DNA from: Sphingobacteriaceae bacterium
GTDB taxonomy: Bacteria; Bacteroidota; Bacteroidia; Sphingobacteriales; Sphingobacteriaceae
Length of the DNA: 64,000 nucleotides
Assembly: GCA_947459195.1 (NCBI GenBank)
Contig: CANHCS010000002.1
Coordinates: forward strand, 1,769 to 65,768
Direction: 5' to 3'
Within the stretch, counting starts at the first letter, position 1. Each line of letters begins with the position of its first letter. Under the pieces are notes generated by a model. It ran no database searches and was not told the origin of the DNA. It saw only the letters and a program-made list of their open reading frames with translations. A program made the translations under genes and the position numbers. This document shows positions 58,151-64,000 of the stretch, in pieces.

Positions 58151-58768
58151 CTACATGTGCCCATAACGATAATACGGTGTCTGCTGGATGATGCTTTCAA
58201 TATCCCTGTCTTCTTGTAGGTCATATTTCTTTTTGAGGTTGTTGCCAAAAACTCTTGCTACCGATTGATACAAGAAAGCGGTTAGTCCACCTTTCATGTC
58301 TTTCAAAATTTCGAAACTGCTATGTCCCGTTTCGCGATCAATCAATTTAATCAGGATTCCACCTTGGGTAATGGTCAAGTTTTTGATCTCCCTATTGAAC
58401 ATGTCTTTGATCTCTTTTTCAAAAGCCTTACTCAGCATGCGTTCATCTTTCCGATTTTTTGCAGCGCCAAGTTCTTGCTGCAATTTGGCATACCTCGAAC
58501 GAGCATACATTGCATAAGGTAATACCTTTAAAACATTGTATCTCAATCTATTGTATGCTGCCTGCTGTTCAGGTGTTCTGAAAATTCGGTTATCGATAAT
58601 TGGAACTTCAGGTAGTGTTGCCCAGGGAATTAGCTCACCATCTACCATAGTCAGAGCCACCCGGATGGTATCATTTTTTCCCTTTAGCACAGGGTCATAT
58701 TTCTCCTGTGCCAGCAAAAAAAGGGGCAAACATAACAGCGCCAATAAGATATACCTGAAAAATTTCAT
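58151..58768 (-). CDS. DUF4294 family protein (secreted)
   Basis: Signal peptide. The conserved central region L.ITQG..LIKLIDRETG.S.F matches DUF4294 as I recall it. Confidence 0.65.
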   Translation of the reverse strand: MKFFRYILLALLCLPLFLLAQEKYDPVLKGKNDTIRVALTMVDGELIPWATLPEVPIIDNRIFRTPEQQAAYNRLRYNVLKVLPYAMYARSRYAKLQQELGAAKNRKDERMLSKAFEKEIKDMFNREIKNLTITQGGILIKLIDRETGHSSFEILKDMKGGLTAFLYQSVARVFGNNLKKKYDLQEDRDIESIIQQTPYYRYGHM

Positions 58769-59013
58769 AAATTTATCTACACAAAGTTACAGTTAATTTT
58801 AAAATGTAACATCGCTCAAAATCAATATAAAGCGATAAATTGTAGCATCAAATTCTACATCAAATTAAAAAATTAATAGTAAACATGAATAGGTTTAATC
58901 AGTTTCTGAAGAAATATAAAAACGAAGTATTGGTAGGCTTCCTTGTTTTTCTTTTCCTCCTGTTAAAAGATTTAATGAAGTAAACGCTATAAAAACCAGA
59001 GAATTGTATTGGC

Positions 59014-61239
59014 ATGGCTGAATTAATTATAGACCTAGAAGCAGAAAAAAAAGAGATCCTGAAGCGATACAGGGCCTTATTAAAAGCTTGTAAACCTAAC
59101 TTACAAAAGGGAGACAAGCGTTTGATCAGGCAGGCTTTTGACATGTCTTTGGAGAGTCATCAGGATATGCGCCGGAAATCTGGTGAACCATATATCTACC
59201 ATCCCATTGCGGTGGCCCAAATTGCGGCAGAAGAAATTGGCCTGGGCACTACCTCCATTGTTTGTGCGCTTTTGCACGATGTGGTGGAGGATACCGACAT
59301 CACCTTAGAAGATATTGAAATCGTTTTTGGCAAAAAAGTAGCTAAAATCATCGATGGCCTGACTAAAATTTCAGGCGTTTTTGATTACAACAGCTCGCTG
59401 CAGGCAGAGAATTTCAGAAAAATGCTGCTCACCCTGGCCGATGATGTACGGGTAATCCTCATCAAACTGGCCGACCGTTTGCACAACATGCGAACCATGG
59501 ACCATATGCCGAGGGAGAAACAGCTCAAAATTGCCTCAGAAACCATTTACCTTTACGCCCCCCTAGCCCACCGTTTAGGTTTGTATTCCATGAAATCGGA
59601 ATTGGAGGATTTGTCGATGAAATACACCGAGCCAAGTACCTACAAATACATCGCCAAAAACCTGAATGAGAAAAAAGCTGAACGTGAAAAATTCATCAAA
59701 GAATTTATCGACCCGATTCAGAATATCTTAAACGAGCAAGGCTTGAAAGCGGAGGTGTACGGTCGACCAAAATCCATTCATTCCATTTGGAATAAAATGC
59801 GGAAAAAGAATATTCCTTTTGAGGAAGTGTACGATTTGTTCGCCATCCGCATTATCCTGAACAGCAAAATAGATCAGGAAAAGGCCGACTGCTGGAAAGC
59901 CTATTCCATTGTAACTGATTTCTACCGGCCCAATCCCGATCGCCTGAGAGATTGGGTATCCTCACCCAAAGCGAACGGTTATGAGTCGCTACACACCACC
60001 GTGATGGGCCCAAAAGGGCAATGGGTGGAAGTGCAGATCAGGACCGAAAGAATGAATGAAATTGCCGAGAAAGGCTTTGCCGCTCATTGGAAGTACAAGG
60101 AGGCACCCAATGCTGAAAGCAGCGGTTTAGACCAATGGCTGCAAAAAGTGAGGGAAATGTTAAAAAATCCCGAATCGAATGCATTGGATTTCATCGATGA
60201 TTTTAAAATGAACTTGTTTTCTGATGAAATTTTCATTTTTACGCCCAAAGGTGCACTCCGTCAACTTCCGGTAGGTGCCACCGCACTCGATTTCGCCTTC
60301 GATATTCACTCCGATTTAGGAGCCAGTTGTATTGGAGCCAAGGTCAATCATAAACTGGTGCCCCTCTCCCATACCTTACAAAATGGAGACCAGGTAGAGA
60401 TCATCACTTCTGGCAAACAAAGCCCAAAAGAAGATTGGCTCAGTTTTGTGATCACGGCAAAGGCAAAATCAAAGATCAAATCCTCTTTAAAAGAAGAAAA
60501 AAAGAAGATAGCAGAAGATGGGAAGGAAATTTTGGAGCGAAAAATGAAATCGCTTAAAATCCCGTTCACCATCGAAAATCTGAATAAAATTACCACTTAT
60601 TTCAGGTTACATGCCTCTCAAGATCTGATGTACCAGGTTGCCAAAGGTCTCATCGATATCAGCGATCTGAAAAATTACTTGACAGCCGAAAAACACCTGG
60701 ATCAAAAAGTCCATGAACGAACGGAACCGTCTGAATTCATCAAAAAACTTAAAAAAGATGAAATTGACACCCTACTCATTGGCGAAGACCTCCAAAAGAT
60801 AGATTATAAGCTTTCCAGCTGTTGCAATCCCATACCGGGCGACGATGTTTTCGGATTTGTGACCGTGGGTGAAGGCATTAAGATTCATCGGACCATTTGC
60901 CCTAATGCGACCAAACTGATGTCAAATTTTGGTTACCGCATTGTAAAAGCCAAGTGGAACTCTCAAAAACAGTTGGCATTTTTAACTGGCATCAAAATCA
61001 TCGGAATAGACGAAGTAGGCTTAATCAACAATTTAACCACTGTCATTTCCAACGATTTTAAAGTGAATATGCGTTCCATTACGGTGGATAGCCATGAAGG
61101 TATCTTTGAAGGAAGTATCATGGTTTACGTGAATGATACCATGCACCTCGACAACCTGATTGCCAAACTCAAACTGGTTCGTGGAGTAACCGATGTAAGC
61201 CGTTTTGATACTCCTTCAACTGTTGAAAAAGCGTCTTGA
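59014..61239 (+). CDS. bifunctional RelA/SpoT homologue, (p)ppGpp synthetase/hydrolase
   Basis: 741 aa. HD hydrolase motif HDVVEDT, a synthetase domain, and TGS and ACT-like C-terminal domains. Confidence 0.95.
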   Translation: MAELIIDLEAEKKEILKRYRALLKACKPNLQKGDKRLIRQAFDMSLESHQDMRRKSGEPYIYHPIAVAQIAAEEIGLGTTSIVCALLHDVVEDTDITLEDIEIVFGKKVAKIIDGLTKISGVFDYNSSLQAENFRKMLLTLADDVRVILIKLADRLHNMRTMDHMPREKQLKIASETIYLYAPLAHRLGLYSMKSELEDLSMKYTEPSTYKYIAKNLNEKKAEREKFIKEFIDPIQNILNEQGLKAEVYGRPKSIHSIWNKMRKKNIPFEEVYDLFAIRIILNSKIDQEKADCWKAYSIVTDFYRPNPDRLRDWVSSPKANGYESLHTTVMGPKGQWVEVQIRTERMNEIAEKGFAAHWKYKEAPNAESSGLDQWLQKVREMLKNPESNALDFIDDFKMNLFSDEIFIFTPKGALRQLPVGATALDFAFDIHSDLGASCIGAKVNHKLVPLSHTLQNGDQVEIITSGKQSPKEDWLSFVITAKAKSKIKSSLKEEKKKIAEDGKEILERKMKSLKIPFTIENLNKITTYFRLHASQDLMYQVAKGLIDISDLKNYLTAEKHLDQKVHERTEPSEFIKKLKKDEIDTLLIGEDLQKIDYKLSSCCNPIPGDDVFGFVTVGEGIKIHRTICPNATKLMSNFGYRIVKAKWNSQKQLAFLTGIKIIGIDEVGLINNLTTVISNDFKVNMRSITVDSHEGIFEGSIMVYVNDTMHLDNLIAKLKLVRGVTDVSRFDTPSTVEKAS

Positions 61240-61293
61240 ATTTAATTGCAAGGACTACATTTTTTGAATAAATTTGAATTGATTTAAGATCTC

Positions 61294-61767
61294 ATGTCCA
61301 AAACAGAAACCCATGAAATGGTAAAGAAAATTTTCGAGGCCTACCTCGAAAATAAAAGCCTCAGAAAAACTCCTGAACGCTTTGCCATTCTTGAAGAGAT
61401 TTATTCCAGAAACGACCATTTTGATGTGGAATCACTTTATATCCACATGAAAAACAAAAAATACAGGGTAAGTCGTGCAACCGTTTACAATACGCTTGAA
61501 CTGCTCGTATCTTGCGATTTGGTTACCAAACACCAGTTCGGTAAGAACATGGCTCAATTTGAGAAATCTTATGGCTACAAGCAGCATGACCACATCATTT
61601 GTATCGATTGCGGAAAAGTGGTAGAATTTTGTGATCCTCGAATCCAACAAATACAAACCATGATGGGCGACCTGCTCAAATTTGATATCAAACACCACTC
61701 TTTAAACTTATATGGAAACTGCAGCCGCCTCAAGGACGGGCACTGTGAGTCTTTCTCAAAAAACTAA
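61294..61767 (+). CDS. fur: Fur family transcriptional regulator
   Basis: Winged helix followed by the metal-site pattern HHDH..C..CG....F and a C-terminal Cys pair. Confidence 0.9.
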   Translation: MSKTETHEMVKKIFEAYLENKSLRKTPERFAILEEIYSRNDHFDVESLYIHMKNKKYRVSRATVYNTLELLVSCDLVTKHQFGKNMAQFEKSYGYKQHDHIICIDCGKVVEFCDPRIQQIQTMMGDLLKFDIKHHSLNLYGNCSRLKDGHCESFSKN

Positions 61768-61782
61768 CTCTCAAAAAAATTA

Positions 61783-63060
61783 ATGGCTGTAGACGTATTA
61801 CTGGGCCTCCAATGGGGCGACGAAGGAAAAGGTAAAATTGTAGATGTTTTAAGTCCCGAATACGACCTGATTGCCAGGTTTCAGGGTGGTCCGAATGCAG
61901 GACACACACTTGAATTTAATCAACAAAAATTTGTTTTAAATACCATCCCTTCGGGGATTTTCAATCCCAAAACCATGAACCTCATCGGGAATGGTGTGGT
62001 TATCGACCCGATCATCCTGAAAAGAGAGTTAGACGGACTAAAAGCCAGGGGTTTTGATCCGGTTGCTGATCAGAAATTGTTCATTGCTCGCAGAGCTCAT
62101 ATCATCCTACCGACTCATCAATTACTGGATGCCGCCTCTGAAAGTAAAATGGGTGTGGGTAAGATCGGTTCTACACTGAAAGGAATTGGACCTACCTACA
62201 TGGATAAAACCGGCCGAAATGGACTAAGAGTGGGTGATACTCAATTACCGGATTTTAAAGCACGCTACCAAAAACTGGTGGATAAGCATAAATCCATATT
62301 GGCTCATTACGGTGAAATACCTGATTTTTCGGAAAAAGAAGCCGCTTTCTTTGAAGCTGTTGAAATGCTGAAAGCGATTCCTCAGGTGGATGGCGAACAT
62401 TTTGTGAATCAATACCTCAGAGCTGGGAAAAAAGTATTAGCAGAGGGAGCTCAGGGCACGATGCTTGATGTGGATTTTGGCTCTTACCCATTTGTTACTT
62501 CATCTAATACCACCACTGCGGGAGCTTGTACCGGTTTGGGTATTGCCCCAAAACAAATTGGTAAGGTGATTGGTATTTTTAAAGCCTATTGTACCCGTGT
62601 AGGTGGCGGTCCGTTCCCAACCGAATTGGAGAACGAAACCGGCGAAAAACTGAGAGCCATTGGGCATGAATTTGGTGCCACCACAGGTCGTCCCCGTCGT
62701 TGTGGATGGATTGATTTACCCGCACTTAAATATGCCATCATGCTGAATGGCGTAACCGAAATGGTAATGACCAAAGCAGATGTGTTAAGTGGCTTTGATA
62801 CCATTTACGCCTGCACCCACTATTTATACAATGGGGAGAAAATTGATTACATGCCTTATGACATCAGCGCCATCAGTCCGGAGCCAATTTACGAAGCAAT
62901 TTCTGGCTGGAATGAAGACCTGACAGGCATTCGTAAAACAGACGAAATTCCGGCAAAATTGACTGCTTACATCCAGTATCTTGAAAAGCATTTGGGTGTT
63001 CCGGTGAAATATCTTTCTGTTGGACCAGACCGGGAACAAACTTTAAATTTGATGCAATAA
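61783..63060 (+). CDS. purA: adenylosuccinate synthase
   Basis: GLQWGDEGKGK P-loop, GTTGRGIGP-like TLKGIGPTY, GATTGRPRRCGW. Confidence 0.97.
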   Translation: MAVDVLLGLQWGDEGKGKIVDVLSPEYDLIARFQGGPNAGHTLEFNQQKFVLNTIPSGIFNPKTMNLIGNGVVIDPIILKRELDGLKARGFDPVADQKLFIARRAHIILPTHQLLDAASESKMGVGKIGSTLKGIGPTYMDKTGRNGLRVGDTQLPDFKARYQKLVDKHKSILAHYGEIPDFSEKEAAFFEAVEMLKAIPQVDGEHFVNQYLRAGKKVLAEGAQGTMLDVDFGSYPFVTSSNTTTAGACTGLGIAPKQIGKVIGIFKAYCTRVGGGPFPTELENETGEKLRAIGHEFGATTGRPRRCGWIDLPALKYAIMLNGVTEMVMTKADVLSGFDTIYACTHYLYNGEKIDYMPYDISAISPEPIYEAISGWNEDLTGIRKTDEIPAKLTAYIQYLEKHLGVPVKYLSVGPDREQTLNLMQ

Positions 63061-63083
63061 GAAATTGTAATACAATTACTTAT

Positions 63084-64000
63084 ATGTCATTAATTAAACA
63101 AAAATTTCGACTCGAAAATCCTGAAAATTTCAAAAATCAGGCCATGGTATGGGCCAGTCAGTTTGAAACTGCCGCTTGCTTAAATTCCAATCATTTCAAA
63201 GATCAATACCATCAATTCGACTTGTTAATTAGCGCAGGTGTTCAACGCGAATTAACCGCCCAAGCTGGTGGAGCCTTGGACCAACTGGATGCCTTCATTG
63301 TCAATTGTCCGCTCTATATTCCCGGCTTCTTAGGCTATGATCTGAAGAACGAAATCGAGACACTCGAATCGAGAAATTGGGATGGCCTTGGCTTCCCTGA
63401 CCTGTATTTTTTTATCCCTCAATATCAATTGATTTTTACAGGGGATGAAGTGGAAATTAGTGCCGATCAGCCAGTAACAATTTATCAATCCATCTTGGCG
63501 CTTGAGCCTCTGCAAAATTGCACAGACTTTAAAGGGAAGCTCCAGCAGCGTTTGAATCGCGAAAGCTATATTAATGCGGTTTCGAAATTAAAAGAGCATA
63601 TACAGCGAGGCGATATTTATGAAGTAAATTTCTGCCAGGAGTTTTATGCAGAAGATGCCGAATTAAATCCGCTGGCCGCCTATTTTGAATTAAACCAATG
63701 CTCTCCTACTCCATTCTCTAATTTTTTCAAACTAAGGAATCGTTACATCATCTCGGCAACACCAGAAAGATTCATTTGTAAACGTCAAGACAAACTGAGT
63801 TCTCAACCCATCAAAGGAACGGCCAGAAGGTCGGCAAACCCAGAGGAAGATGAAAAAATAAAAGAGGAATTAAGAGCGAGTGAGAAAGAGCGTGCTGAAA
63901 ATGTGATGATTGTGGATCTGGTACGCAACGACCTGACCAAATGCGCCCTTCCTGGTACCGTAAAGGTGGATGAATTGTGTGGGATTTACAGCTTTGAGCA
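63084..64000 (+). CDS. pabB: aminodeoxychorismate/anthranilate synthase component I family (PabB-like); 3' end lies outside the window
   Basis: Not on the ORF track because it has no stop within the window. My translation stays open from the ATG at 63084 to 64000. It shows chorismate-binding motifs (RGDIYEVNFCQEF, SATPERF, PIKGTARR, ENVMIVDLVRNDL). Confidence 0.85.
   Translation, partial: MSLIKQKFRLENPENFKNQAMVWASQFETAACLNSNHFKDQYHQFDLLISAGVQRELTAQAGGALDQLDAFIVNCPLYIPGFLGYDLKNEIETLESRNWDGLGFPDLYFFIPQYQLIFTGDEVEISADQPVTIYQSILALEPLQNCTDFKGKLQQRLNRESYINAVSKLKEHIQRGDIYEVNFCQEFYAEDAELNPLAAYFELNQCSPTPFSNFFKLRNRYIISATPERFICKRQDKLSSQPIKGTARRSANPEEDEKIKEELRASEKERAENVMIVDLVRNDLTKCALPGTVKVDELCGIYSFE

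Noticed and set aside
58899-59144. 81-aa minus-strand ORF spanning the RSH start region
   Set aside because: It overlaps the well-supported RSH N-terminus in antisense and has low-complexity composition.
1-64000. Search for CRISPR arrays, IS elements or transposases, integrases, prophage genes, toxin-antitoxin pairs and long direct or inverted repeats
   Set aside because: None were recognised by eye. No intergenic gap exceeds about 245 nt, and every ORF of 100 aa or more not dismissed above as a shadow ORF has a housekeeping or envelope-type assignment or is a membrane/secreted hypothetical. A computational repeat and HMM scan would be needed to exclude small elements.

Overview
This is a dense, co-linear, mostly housekeeping chromosomal segment. 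I recognise about 62 protein-coding genes and 2 tRNAs. I saw no rRNA, CRISPR array, transposase, integrase, phage module or obvious defence island. The lineage looks like Bacteroidota, possibly Sphingobacteriia- or Flavobacteriia-like. That is inferred from a T9SS C-terminal sorting domain, a T9SS plug-like (DUF5103) gene, a lipoprotein-type TamA/BamA homologue, BshB1, several Bacteroidota DUF families, recurring TAnnTTTG -7 promoter boxes and no Shine-Dalgarno sequences. Recognisable genes include secDF (partial), ndh, fbaA, accD, alkB, ychF, nusB-yajC-coaE, glmM, pyrD, valS, holA, mazG, fmt, rluD, an RSH (p)ppGpp enzyme, fur, purA and pabB (partial). The only locus I consider truly unusual is 43.4-48.4 kb. 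It encodes a 1527-aa secreted protein with one intact and one catalytically dead thermolysin-like module, followed by five divergent repeat modules. It lacks its own T9SS sorting domain. Six nt after its TGA, in the same reading frame, a 123-aa ORF consists of little more than a signal peptide plus a type-A T9SS C-terminal domain. Lesser observations:
- a patatin/Omp85-type (T5d-like) fusion converging on a TamL-like gene;
- back-to-back divergent start codons;
- many convergent gene pairs with 8 nt or less, or negative, spacing;
- an orphan ligase-associated exonuclease homologue coupled to a Cys-rich 52-aa ORF missing from the ORF track;
- two further small unlisted ORFs;
- several apparently leaderless promoters.
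All family assignments come from motif recognition by eye. No database search was possible.
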